From NCBI GenBank assembly GCA_004431415.1, contig QPMI01000401.1, positions 186,001-250,000 of the forward strand: a stretch of DNA of 64,000 nt. Reading direction: 5' to 3'. The translations under genes and the position numbers were made by a program. This document shows positions 35,983-48,980 of this stretch, piece after piece. Each line of letters begins with the position of its first letter. Position 1 is the stretch's first letter. Source of the DNA: Cyanophora paradoxa CCMP329. Its lineage: Eukaryota; Plantae; Glaucophyta. Below the pieces are notes generated by a model, which was not told where the DNA came from, made no database searches, and saw only the letters and a list, made by a program, of their open reading frames with translations.

Positions 35983-38900
35983 ATGCGCATTTGCGACGAG
36001 GCACTCGCGCGCGAGGCCCTGCAGCGCTCCGCGAGCGTTCTCGGCCTTGGCGGTCCCGGATGCTGCAGCAGAGCGGGGAGCTCGAGCGAGCGATCGGAAA
36101 GCGGCATCGGCCCCACGCAGCGGTGCGCGCTCGCTCTTGCTCTCTTCAGAGCTCTCCTGCTCGCGCTTCGGGCGCGCGGCGTGACGGTTGCAGGTGCAAG
36201 CTCACCGACGTGGTCGCCGTTCTCCGCGATCTCCTGCATGCAGACCGCGCCTTCATCGTTCATCTCAGCGAGAGTAAGCTCTCGGATTCTCAAGGGAGCC
36301 CCGGGCACGATCGCGGGTGCACGTGCGATCAAATGCGAGGTGCTGCAGCTGCCATTGCCGCCCTTCGCTCACTCTCGTGTCGCAGGGAGAAGCTCTCTTA
36401 CGCGCAGGAGCTCGTGGACATGGCGCTGGAGCACGAGACGCGACCCGCGGAGGCCCGCGTCGTGGCGGACGTCGGCGCCGCGCTGCTCTCGCGCGGTTGT
36501 TCCCAGGCGCGTGTGCAGGAGATCGTGCAGGGTCTCCAGGCCGGCTCGTGCACGTTCTACCCGTGCGTCGCGCTCGGCTCGGTGCGCCCCTCCCAGAATA
36601 GATCGATGAGACCAACCCTCGATATCGATACTGAGTCGCGAGCCGCGCGCGCCAGCTGTGGGCGCTGGCTGCGGTGCACTACGCGCAGACGGGCCGCGAG
36701 CTCTCTGACAAAGAGCGCAACGCGCTCTCCGCCACCGGGGACTGCGGTGTGCTTCCCGAGGCTGCTCGCTTGCGAGTCCGGGGCTCAGTTGACGTTGCAA
36801 TATTTACTCATCCGCAGTGGGCGTCAGCCTGGCGCTGGAGGCAGCTGATTCGCCTCGCTCGCACTCTCGCGTGTCAGATCCGAAGTCGGCACACAGGGCG
36901 AAAGCCCTCGAGACTGCGACCCGCGAAGAACAGGAAATCAACCGCCTTCTCGACCAGGTGCGTACGCGTGATCCACGTCGACGTCTGGCGAAGTCGATTT
37001 CGATGAACATCGCTGACGTCGACACCGTCTGTCCGCAGCTCCGGAAGGCATCGGGAGCCTTGGACCGTCGAAGGCGAAGCGACGAGCTGTTCGATGACAT
37101 CGCGAGGGGCCTGCATGAGTAAGCAGAGCCTGTTGTAATTCCTCTCTCCCCTCTAACCTCTTGCAGGAAGCATGGTCTCAGAGACACTCTTCAGGAGGGG
37201 CTTCTGGGTCTCCAGGCAATCTTCGACGCGTACGTCTTGTTATGTATCAGCCTGACTCACTCTCGCCGGCGCCGGACTTGATCATGCTCCCAGGGACTTC
37301 CTCGAAATCCGCACGTTGAAGAAGGGCGGCGGCACGGACCCTTCTGTCCCCTGGGAAGCGAAGGACAAGCTAATTGTGCGCATTTGTAGTTCTTGCAATT
37401 GTTCGCCTCGCCGCGCCGAACTCAATCCTCGGCAGGTTTCGGTGAGGAAGGGAGCGGCTGGCGGTGACAAGCCGGCGCCGGACTACACCCCAGCAATCCG
37501 CCATCGGCTCGCCGTACGCTCTCCCCGATTGCAAGCGTTCAAGCTACTTGCTGACCGCTCTGCAGCGGATGGCCGCGGAGCCCGACCGCGTCTTCTTCTT
37601 CACGGACTGGCGGGAGCGGCTGCCGCTGGACGAGGGAGGGCCTCTGGATAGAGGGGGCGACGTGCGCTTCCCAGCGGGCGCGCCAGAATCGATATCGGGG
37701 GCCGCGCTCATGTTTGGGGGGCCCGGGCAGGAAGAGAAAGCGGTGGAGCTGGCCGCCCTCTCGCAGTTGGAATACCGGTCGGGCCTTTCCCGCGTCGCAG
37801 ATTGGGGAAACGAGGTCTGTCCAGGCGCCAACTATTGCCTCGCCATTCTGCCGTTCACTGCGCCTGTAGACGCTGGGTCTGGTGACAGTAGGATGGGCGG
37901 ACGGGCGGGTCGCATCAGAGGCGGATCGATCGCTCTTCGAATTGATGTGCAGCCAAGCCGGACGCGCGGCGCGCAATCCCGCAAACTATTCCCTACTGCA
38001 GTTGACGCCCTGCACTCTTGCAGGTCGAACAAGCTGAAATGCAGCAGGAGCTAGAATCGAAGAACCGACAACTCGCCACGGAGGTCTGCGAAGCTTTGAT
38101 CAATATTTAATTATAATCATGAGTCAGAAACAATAGAATCGCTGAGATGTTCCGTTCCACTATATATCAGCACGCGGAACAGGCGGAAGCGTTGGAACGC
38201 CGTCTGCGAAGCGAGGCACTCTTGCGAGACATTGCACGTGGCATTTGCAGGTGCTTCGATGTGCTCCGCATTTTTCCTTCGATCAGCGAGGGTTCCTGAT
38301 CATGAGCACATGTTCACAGGAAGCTCAGTATGCGGGAGGTCCTTTGCCAAGCCATCGATAGTATACGGGGGCTTTTCCATGCCAGCATTGTTGTTGTTCA
38401 CAGCTTGCGGAGCCCAGATATTTACGGCGGCAGCGCTAGCACCGCTGCCTCGCGTTCCGTCGTCCCTGTCGCAAACGATTTCACGGTTCGTGCATGCGCA
38501 TGCGCATCTCCAAGTTTGTCTCGATTTCTCCCTGAATTGCGATCGCCTAAGATTTCGGCGCGACCTGGTGTGAACCTTTCGCCGACAAATCCAGAGGTCG
38601 AGGGCGCCGTCGCACACATCCGGCACCGGATCCAGGTTCCCTCGCATCGCGTCTGGCATCTTTATCCGCTGTAGGCCACAGTAACGTTCTCCACAGCGCC
38701 TTTTCGAAAGGAAGGGCCAGATGCTGCCTGTACATGTGTACACCCTACAGCCCGCGGCCGCGATCAATGCTTCGCAGCCCGCATGCATTGAAGTCCCTAG
38801 CCCCGTTCGTTCCTGTCTGCGCGATCTAGTCCTTCATGATCAGCTCACTTTGGCATTTCCCCAGGACGACAAGGAGGGGTTCAAAAAAGCGCTCGCTGAT

Positions 38901-41900
38901 CTAGGCGCTCGATCGGGAATGATTCGCGCTACCGAGTGGGGCGGGGAGGTGTGAATCCGGCGCTTAGTTGCATTGTAGAATACTAGATCCCCACATGTGG
39001 GCGCAGATTACGGGTGTTGTTTCGGTGTTATGGCCGGACGACCACACTCCGACGGCGCACGAGTGCACCATCTTCGAGGTTCGCGTGGCTTGGCGCAGCT
39101 GCCTCGCAAGCGGCTAATTATATGATTCCTGCCTTCTGTCAGGCGCTCTGCGACCAGATCGGCCAGTTGGTGCGCATGTTGTCGCTGCTGCTTCTTTGGC
39201 TAGCTAGGCTTCTGACCGTGGAAGTGGCCGCACAGATCGGGCAAGACAACCTGCACCGCGCGCTCGAGCGGCGGCTGCAGAGCGAGGCGCTGCTCCGCCA
39301 CATCGCCAAGGGAATGCGGACGTGAGCCGCGAATTCGAAACCCAGTCCCGCGCCCCGGCCGCCACGCGCGATATGCTCCTTCATAGCCCCTCAGGAACCA
39401 TCCGTTGCCGGAGGTTATGGTGGAGTCCGTCGGCGGCATCCGAACCCTCTTCAAGGCGACTGCGGTGCTTGTAGAGGTTGACATACGCGAGCCGCCCATG
39501 CAGGTGCTTTACGCAGTTGCAGTTTCCGACGTGCGATGTGATTGATTACGAGCTCTTACTGCCGCGGCGTACAGTTCTTCGCCAAAAGAGGTCTGCCAAC
39601 GTCGAAAGTCCTGGAGGACGATCAAGTCGCCAGGACCCCTCCCGCCGTCCTCTACCGCTTCGAGGCGAGTCATTGTGGCTTGTTACGCTTCCCTCGGCTT
39701 GCGATTGTCCCCATGCTCGTCTCCGCAGAGACTGCGTGCGGACGCGGGGCGGATCCACGTCATCCCCGACTTCCTCCGGTACTCCGAACTCGACGAGGGC
39801 GGGCCGGCCAGCAGCGAGAACGACGTGCTCTCTTCTCTCCTTTGATTCGTCGCTCAAATGGACGCCGGTTCTCGTTGACGAGGCACGCGCAGCCGGAGTT
39901 CGAAGCGTTGCGCCAGTGGATGCGGCAAATGGGCTTCCTCTCAGGACTTGCGCGCGGCACGAAGTGGGGCGGGAAGGCATGTCCTCTCGCTCCTGATCGT
40001 GATACGTTCTTTGCCAAGCTGCTTATCGCTTTGCAGCCCACCGGAGTCGTGTTCATTGGGTGGGACACGGCCCGAGAGCCATCGCAGCACACACTGACGA
40101 TGCTCGATGTGTGTCGACGTGCACGTGTAGCTTCGCTTTCCAAGCGGCATTCACTGATCTCCGACTTTCAGGCCGTCGGCGAGCAAATTGCAGACGCCAC
40201 CGGCCAGGATGGGCTCATGCGGGTGCGCCCTCTCTATAGCTATTCTTCGTTCGTCGTCCTTTAATTATACTTCATCGATCTTACTGTTCGTGTATCCACG
40301 GAATTCCACAGGCGCTCGAAGCTGAGATCCGCAGCCGGGAGCAGCAGGCGCGCCTCCCTTTGATGACTGCTCACGATCGACCCTTGCCGCGGTGGGAGCT
40401 GACAGCAACCGCGCAGCTCGCCCGCGAGCAGCTACTCCGCAGCATCACGAGCCAGATACGGGACACGCTGGAGCCCCGCACGTGCGTATGTGTGGGGCTC
40501 ATGAAGCCGGCCTTTCGTTTAGGTCCATTTCTCTCCAGAATTATGGAGAAGGCTTCACGCGTGTTGCGCAAAGCTTTCGATGCGTGGCACGTGTGCATAT
40601 ACAAGGTCGAGTGGGAGCCGGTTGCGCGGAGATCCGGATTCAAGAATGGCCACGAGCGCTCTCGCGTTATTGAGTCTGTGTGCGCCAAGGCCGCAACTGC
40701 AAATGAGCAGGAATCACCCGACTTCGTCATCGAAGCGGACGTGGGAGAAATCGCATCTTCCGCCACCGTACAGCGCCGCCTGGAGGTCCGGACGCTCACT
40801 TTCAGTCGCTCTAGATCTGAAGGCGACGCTTTCACAGGCCATTATCGCGACAAAAGGCCTCCACACGATCCAAATGGCCGATATTCTGCGGGCGCAAGAG
40901 TGGGCGGGGGAGACGCCGGGCCCGGACGGGCTCGTGGACGCAGCCACCGTCCAGCTGCTTCGGGAGTCGGGCTGTCGTTCGGGGTTGGCCCGCGCCACCA
41001 GCTGGGGCGGCCGCGTCAATGGCGTCGTGGGGGTGAGGTTTTGTACACGCTCTACGTCGAGAGTCTTTTTTCTCGATGCTACAGTCGACACTTATATTAT
41101 TTCTCGCGATGTTCATAATTGCATATTGCAGGTGAACTGGGCCGATGCGAACCACATGCAGAGACTTAGCCCCGCAGACCTAGTTCTCTTCGAAGACGTC
41201 TGCGAGGTGCGCATGCGTGGCCTCCGATGTCGATAAGGATGAGCGTGATCTCGCGATCGGGCTATTTCGCGAATCTATCTATAAAGGTGCTCATAATTAG
41301 TACTGGCTTTATAATGTTAAAACAGCTGCAGAGATGTAGCTCGAGTCTAGCTAATCATGATTGCGGCGATCGAGATGCTCGATTTCGCTTTTGTGATGCA
41401 TATATTATATATGGCCACTATTGCATCTGCAGCTACATGTACATGTGCTGTGACTGAGCACCGGCGCTGCAGGCGGTGGGCATCGCGCTGGCGCAGGCGT
41501 CGCTGGTGACGCAGGCGCAGCAGGCGGCGCGCGCCAAGAGCGACTTCCTCTCCGTCATCAGTGCGCTCCGCTTGCACTGCTGCGATCATATATAATTCGC
41601 GAGCGGAATGCTTGCTGATGGATGGCCCTTCAGCACATGAAATGAGGACACCAATGCAAGCGGTGAGCGAGCTAGCGCTTAAAAGCCTGTACGAGCACAC
41701 CGGACGTACCTCCTGTGAATATTAATGTATTCCAATTTATTCCGCTTATCAACCACTCCTTAGATCCTGGGCATCACGGACTTGCTGCTGGATATGAGCC
41801 AAACTGTAGAACAGCGCGAGTACCTCTCCGTTATCCGTTCCTCAGCCCAAGCGTGCGCTGTTCGTATCACTTGCAAACTGCTGGACAAGATGCATATGCT

Positions 41901-44900
41901 CCAGCTTGTCTTGCTTTCCATTATATATAAATATAATTAAATATAATATATATTGTGAATCGCCGGAGCTTACAGCGCCGAGCAGAATGGTGGACCTGGT
42001 GGGCGAGGTCCTCGACGCGAGCATCCTCGAGCGCGGCGGGTCGCTCCGCGTCAGTGCAGTTCCAATGGACCTGCGCTCCGCGGCCGAGGAGGTGCCTATT
42101 GCTCTCTCGCATTTCCGGCAATCTGACGAGCCCACCATTCAGGTAATGGACATGATGTGGCCGGTGCGAAAGCCCCGCTTCCGGCGCTTTATGTATCGCT
42201 AATATTGGGTTTGCTGTGGTTTTCAGGTGGCAGCGCAGAAGAACATAGCCCTGCAGCTCCGGGTGCGTCTGTCTGCGTCACGCCTCGAATCGTTCTTAAA
42301 ACTTGCCCGACGGCGACGAGTGCAGATGGGCGCAGGCGTACCGCGCTTCATCTTCAGCGACAAGGGCCGCATTCGGCAGGTGCAACGTGAACTTTGAACC
42401 AGGATTCATATTTATTATTACTCATGGCGCGCGATCATCGCAAAAATAGGTCATCATCAATCTCGTTGGCAGTGCGTTATTCATTAGGTTAATTTGCGTG
42501 TTACACGCTAGCGCTCACGTCGACGTCCCGTCACGCACATATCACTGTTGGTGCACATGGCATGGACATCTTGATCTGACTCCTCCCGGCCCCGTCAGAC
42601 TCGGCGAAGTTCTCCACGGATGGGCGCATCATCGTCGAACTTGAGGCCGAAGGCTGCCCCGGTCCGCGCCATGTCGCTGCCGCGTCTTGCTTCCCTTTGC
42701 TGTTCCCTCAATTCTATGGAGCGGCAGGGCCCGACGGCAAGTACCTCTTCCGCATCATGGTCACGGGCGCGCCCCCTAGGCCCGCGCCGCCGCCTTGCCT
42801 ATCGTTCCCTCTGACCGCCCGCGGCAGACACGGGGTGCGGGATCCCGGAGGGGAGCCAGGCGAAGCTCTTCCGCTTCTTCACGCAGCTCGACTCCTCCAA
42901 GAGCCGCCGCCACCAGGGTCCGCTTCAGCGGCCGCCGCCCGCGGCTCATGATCAGATCAATGCCAACTGCGCGCCGGCAGGGACGGGCCTCGGGCTCTTC
43001 ATCTCGCTGCACATCGCCCTCGCGCTCGAGGGCAGCATCGACTTCGTCTCGACCGTCGGCTCGGGGTGCGTTCTGATGGCTGCAGCAGCCGCGTCCTTGC
43101 CACCGGCCGGGCTCACACAGTCTCGCTGTTCAGGTCCACCTTCGCGTTCACGTTCCGGGCCTCCGTGGTGCCCCAGGGCGACCGCGCCCTCCCCGCGCTG
43201 CAGGACCTCTGCCCCCCGAAGGCACGCGCCTCACACCCGCTCGCGAGCCGCAGCCGGCTACAGAGAGTCGTCGCTGATCATGAGGGCGGGGTTTCGGCCC
43301 ACGCAGGAGGATCCGCTGATCAAGGGGAAGACTCTGATTGTCGGCGTGGACGATCTCGCGTGGGAGGGGACCATTGCAGTCGACGCCGCCTCGTGGGGCG
43401 TCCGCGTCTGCCTGGTGCCTGCCTTTCTCTTTTGCCCGCTGCTTTTCGTGCATGCCAACGTCATGGTCGCTCTGGCAGGAGCGGACGGTGGAGGGGACGC
43501 TGGGGGCGGTGCGGCGGGAGGCGGCGGAGGGGCGGGGCGCGCAGCTCGCGGGGGCCGTCTTCTTCATGCCCTCCCTCGTCCCCCCCGCCGAGCTCCCCGC
43601 TGTGGCCCGCCCCGCCGCTGCGACGAGCCCCGCGCACTGTACATGTCGCCGCCGCTGACGCCCGGGCGCAGGTGGAGCGGCTGCTGGAGGAGCTGCGGCG
43701 GGCGCAGGGCGCCGCGGAGCGCGCCCCGCCGCCCCTCATCCTCCTCCGTATTGGCGTCCGCATAGAGAAGGGTCTCCTCATTTCGATGTATTGCCCAGAC
43801 CGGGTGACCTAGAATTTGAAACTCGTAACAAACTGAGAGCTCTAGAGCGACTGCATTAGTTTCCGCTCTATGAGGCGCTTTATCCTTTCCTACACATTCG
43901 TCGGACGCGTTGTATCCGCTCAAAAGCCGTCGCGCAGCGCTCATTCTCGACAACGTTATCTCGCTTCGGCTCTCCGTATCCGAACGGATGCTCTACAAGA
44001 CACTCACGGACGGCGTTCGGTCCGCAATTTCGTTGGCCCGCGTTTGGTGTTTACGTTGGCGCTGAAGGGGCGCCTTGCGCAGGGCGCGGACGGAAGAAGC
44101 CGGCACTGGGCAGGCGCAGCCGCCGCAGCGAAGTTCGACACCGCCGTATTCCATCGCAACTCGCAGCAACAACCTCTTCGCAGCCACCGCCCCTGAAGTG
44201 CGTTTTTCAATCTCGTGATATTTTTCGCTTCTCGTTTCTACCGAAGCTATCCAAACGATGTTAACTTTTCCTCTTTGACTTCGCATGCGCAGCTTGAACA
44301 TGGGTCTGACCCCGCGGCCGCCCCGCGCCCCGAGCCCCCGGCCGAGGGCGGCCCCAAGCGGCCGATCCGCATCCTCTTCTCCGAGGACACGCCGGTGCCG
44401 TCGCTTTTCTTATCCAAATCACCCGCTTGCGCCCAGCCAACGCGCTCGGGGCCCACCCCCGCGCAGACGAACGCGAAGATCGTGACGATGCTGCTGCGGA
44501 AGCTCGGCTACAGCGACGTGGAGCACGCGGAGGACGGCGCGCGGGCGCTGCAGGCGGCCAAGGCGGCGGCGGCGGCCGGCCGCCCCTTCGACGTCCTCCT
44601 CTCGGACATCATGAGTGCGCAGCCGGCGCCGCGGCCCCGGGAGGCGCCCGACGGGGGGCGGCAGTGCCGGAGATGGACGGGCTGGAGTCGCTGCGGCGGA
44701 TGCGGGCGGAGCTGCCGGCGGGCCGCGTGCCGTACGCGGTGGCCCTCTCCGCCAACGTGGGCGCCCACGACCGCCAGGAGTGCGCCGAGGCCGGCTACGA
44801 CGCCTTCCTCGCCGTCCGCCCCGCCCTCGCCCTTGAGAAGCCCGCGGCGCTTGAGACGCCCGCGGCGCGCGCAGAAGCCCGTGCGGACGAAGGAGCTGAG

Positions 44901-45120
44901 CGAGGCGCTGAAGGCCGCCGAGGAGGCCGTCGCCACCCGCCGCGCGGCCGGCCGCCCCGCCGGCGGGGCCGATCTAGAGTTGGGGAGCGCGGGAATGCGC
45001 TTGGACTCGCCGCGGGAGGAATCTGCGAAGCCATCGGCAGCGGCTGCACTGCCGACCCCTGCGTCGCTGTCGGCCAGCAGCCAGGACCCCTTAGGCAGCC
45101 AGAGCGGTCGAGAGGAATAA
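35983..45120 (+). CDS. Hybrid histidine kinase A: 5xGAF - HisKA - HATPase - pseudo-receiver - receiver
   Basis: H-box AKSDFLSVI|THEMRTPMQA; N-box RIRQ|VIINLVG|NSAKFS; G1/F/G2 DTGCGIP...LFRFFTQLDSSKSRRHQ|GTGLGLFIS; GSG|STFAF; receiver RILFSEDTP|TNAKIV...FDVLLSDIM|MPEMDG...VALSAN...AGYDAFLA|KPV; five N-terminal GAF-type repeats. Confidence 0.9.
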
Positions 45121-46352
45121 TAGAGACGGCTTTAGATTGTTTGCGAGCGATTTCGCAACGTTATTTGGGACCGGCTCCTTGTACTATTTTTCGCAGGTAT
45201 AGTTTAGAAGTGTGCAAGCGGTGCATATGGTTCACCAGGACGCCGTCTTTTGCATTGAAACTCCCCGCCTCGTTGGTCTGTTTGCAGCCGTATGCAGCGG
45301 GTTGTTCGCTTTGACCGCCTGTACGTGTTACTTTAATTCTTCCCTTCCAGAGTCCGGCTCCACTGCTCTTGTATCGTCGACGTCGATCGCAACGTCTAAT
45401 TAATCTTACAGTTGTTGTTTCTTTTTCCGTCTTGCGCCGGTGCCTCGATCTTGCACCTATACCTCCGTCTGCTGTTGCCACCTCGAGCGTCTGCTTCGAA
45501 TACTAAGTTATAACTTATTACTTATGACGCATGCGGACACCCGTAAAAAAACTCAGTCTTCACGGGACGGCCGAGCCAAAAATCCTCGGTAGTTTGATTT
45601 AGGTCAGAAAACTGAGAACACAGTGTGGCATAACGTAAATTACATCAGAATCACAAATTAAATTTTGACTTCGGAATTCAGATTTACAGTTAGGTGCCGC
45701 GCTTATTCTCGAAAATCTGCTGCGATAACGCCAGACACATTACCCCAAGTGAAACTAAACTCAAAATGTCAGCACGTTAATTTAATTAAAAACCGCAATT
45801 TTAATTTTGCCCAGCCGCGCGCGGATCGAAATCGATCTTTTTTTTGGGTGAATTACCGGCCACAGTCTCTAGAAATCGATCGATCGAAAACCGGTTCCAG
45901 TTTGGGTTTTCAAGAAATTTAATGCATGCCACATGGATTCGCAGTCGTAGTGCGCCGCACTGTGCACGCCAAATGCGTGCGGACACTGCGGAGTCAACTG
46001 CGGAGTCAGTGCGGACGCGATCGTAGTACTACGGTACGTGCACGTGCTCGCAAATTCAAATGATTGAGCCGATCGCTTTTTTTTTGCAAAAGTGGACGTC
46101 GCATTGATACGTCGCCGATCGCGACGTCGCAATCGCGAGCCCGGGCCCCGGCCCCCGGGCCGCGACGTCGACTTTGACTAGGACTCTTTCAGTGAGCTGT
46201 CGGGCAACTTCTATAAAAACAAATTAAAATCGAATCGATTCGATCGACGATCCGGTACCCCTCGGCCTTCGCCAGTACCAGACTACTACGTATACTACCA
46301 GTTCGATCCGATCGGACGTACCGGATTTTCCTTCACTCAGGTTGACGTGTCA

Positions 46353-46683
46353 CAGTGTGTCACCGCGGGTACCGGTACCGGTAGCGCCGCGCGCGCAGCG
46401 GCGCGCTGCGGCGCGCGCTGGCCGTGGCCGCCGCCACGCCGCCCACGCAGCGCCGTCGACGTCACGGCGTGGCGCGAGCCGCGCGACTGTCGCGTGAGTC
46501 GAGTTTTTCCCAGCAGTTTAAGCTGGCCAGTGGCGTGCATGGAAAGTGGCAGATAACGGAAGTAACGGAAAGTGGCGGACCCGGGATAATTATAACGGAC
46601 GTTTCCGGAAAGTAACGGACAGCTTAAGTGGCGGATAGCGAAAAGTAACGGAAACTTCGTCGGAAAGTAACCGAAACACACTG
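46353..46683. mobile_element. Putative 331-bp non-autonomous TIR element
   Basis: Terminal CAGTGTGT (46353-46360) and ACACACTG (46676-46683); clustered AAGTAACGGA-like subterminal motifs at ~46550-46675; CA on both flanks. Confidence 0.35.
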
Positions 46684-47508
46684 CAGTCGACGTCTAGCTG
46701 CAGGCCCGCTGATCATGATTCATGAGCAGCAGCAGCAGCTGTCGTTGCTGCAGTTGCGCTTATATTAGCAACCGCGTACATACTAGTGCTGCTGCGCATG
46801 TAGCTAGCGCTGCTGCGCATGCTTGTGCAGACGGAGCACTGCGGCGCATCAGCAGGTGAATTCGAAGTCAACGCAGCGATTGCGATCGCGAAAGCAGTGA
46901 TCCTGATTTGAAGTGCCCGGCGGCCGCGAAGAATATTCGAATTCTTTTGTCCTGAAAACGTCCGTCGTTCTGGCAAACTGCATGCGCAAGATTCGAAATA
47001 TATATTAGCTAATTGTAACAGTTCCGATCTATCGCTAGATCTTATAGCTCCGCTTCCGAAGCTCAAGATCTGAGAGTCTAGATCGAGGTCGGCGCGGCCG
47101 ACGCGACGCGTATGGCGCTGACGTCAACGCTGCGCGTTTCTCGATTGGATTGAAGTTCAGCTGCAGATCTAGATCTACGTATACATGCTTCGAATTCCAG
47201 ATCGCGAAAAAATTCATTTCTGCGTGTAAGTTTCTTTCGAATTCGCGTGCGATCGCTATAGCTATGTCCGACGGTCATGATATCGATCATCAGCTAATGG
47301 GGGGGTGCGGGGGGGCTTGCCCCCCTGCTTGTTCTTATCTTCGAATTCCTTAAGCTTCGCGATCGTCTCTCTCGAGTTCGCTCTAAAAATTTCTCTCTTT
47401 CTAGATGTCCCTTTTCTTGTAGCTGCTGCTATAGTTTCAAAATTTCTAGCTCTTCTTCTCGAGTTCAGTCCTCGAGTTCACGTTGCGAAAGCTCGAGCCG
47501 TAAGCTTA
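46375..47508 (+). repeat. Tandem ~1.14 kb duplication, unit 1
   Basis: Near-identical to 47603-48743. Confidence 0.92.
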
Positions 47509-47602
47509 CCGCGGGACCAAATTACCGCGTTTTAACAAATTCTCGGCGCGGTAATTTGGTATCGCGGTAATTAAGTGGGCGCGGTATTTATGTGTTCTAC
47601 GG
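47509..47602. mobile_element. 94-bp TA-flanked MITE-like element (Tc1/mariner/pogo-type ends)
   Basis: TA|CCGCGGGACCAAATTACCGCG ... CGCGGTATTTATGTGTTCTACGG|TA with imperfect TIRs; internal perfect 14-bp inverted repeat at 47516-47529 / 47547-47560. Confidence 0.5.
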
Positions 47603-48743
47603 TACCGGTAGCGCCGCGCGCGCAGCGGCGCGCTGCGGCGCGCGCTGGCCGTGGCCGCCGCCACGCCGCCCACGCAGCGCCGTCGACGTCACGGCGTGGC
47701 GCGAGCCGCGCGACTGTCGCGTGAGTCGAGTTTTTCCCAGCAGTTTAAGCTGGCCAGTGGCGTGCATGGAAAGTGGCAGATAACGGAAGTAACGGAAAGT
47801 GGCGGACCCGGGATAATTATAACGGACGTTTCCGGAAAGTGACGGACAGCTTTAAGTGGCGGATAGCGAAAAGTAACGGAAACTTCGTCGGAAAGTAACC
47901 GAAACACACTGCAGTCGACGTCTAGCTGCAGGCCCGCTGATCATGATTCATGAGCAGCAGCAGCAGCTGTCGTTGCTGCAGTTGCGCTTATATTAGCAAC
48001 CGCGTACATACTAGTGCTGCTGCGCATGTAGCTAGCGCTGCTGCGCATGCTTGTGCAGACGGAGCACTGCGGCGCATCAGCAGGTGAATTCGAAGTCAAC
48101 GCAGCGATTGCGATCGCGAAAGCAGTGATCCTGATTTGAAGTGCCCGGCGGCCGCGAAGAATATTCGAATTCTTTTGTCCTGAAAACGTCCGTCGTTCTG
48201 GCAAACTGCATGCGCAAGATTCGAAATATATATTAGCTAATTGTAACAGTTCCGATCTATCGCTAGATCTTATAGCTCCGCTTCCGAAGCTCAAGATCTG
48301 AGAGTCTAGATCGAGGTCGGCGCGGCCGACGCGACGCGTACTACGGTATGGCGCTGACGTCAACGCTGCGCGTTTCTCGATTGGATTGAAGTTCAGCTGC
48401 AGATCTAGATCTACGTATACATGCTTCGAATTCCAGATCGCGAAAAAATTCATTTCTGCGTGTAAGTTTCTTTCGAATTCGCGTGCGATCGCTATAGCTA
48501 TGTCCGACGGTCATGATATCGATCATCAGTTAATGGGGGGGTGCGGGGGGCTTGCCCCCCTGCTTGTTCTTATCTTCGAATTCCTTAAGCTTCGCGATCG
48601 TCTCTCTCGAGTTCGCTCTAAAAATTTCTCTCTTTCTAGATGTCCCTTTTCTTGTAGCTGCTGCTATAGTTTCAAAATTTCTAGCTCTTCTTCTCGAGTT
48701 CAGTCCTCGAGTTCACGTTGCGAAAGCTCGAGCCGTAAGCTTA
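47603..48743 (+). repeat. Tandem ~1.14 kb duplication, unit 2
   Basis: Near-identical to 46375-47508, plus an extra CTACGGTA at 48341-48348; its end matches the sequence upstream of kinase C (63180-63222, reverse complement). Confidence 0.92.
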
Positions 48744-48980
48744 CAGGGCCAGGGCCGGATTCGAAGCCCACGCTGGCCGCCCCGCAGGTCGACGCTCCTC
48801 GAGCTGTCGGCGCCTCGCTGTCGGTCCTCACGCGAGCTCGCCTCGCAATCGTATATCGCGTTACTGGGTTGAGCTGCTACTTGAGCCGCGAAGTTAAGCC
48901 GCGAACTTGAGCGACGCAGACGGGTACGTGTACCGCCGCGAAGAGAAAGACTTGCATCTCGAGCCCCGCCGCGCCCCACG

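Noticed and set aside
46713-48453. ORFs within the 1.14 kb tandem units as genes or a transposase
   Set aside because: No host-like codon bias or recognisable motif; frames differ between the two units
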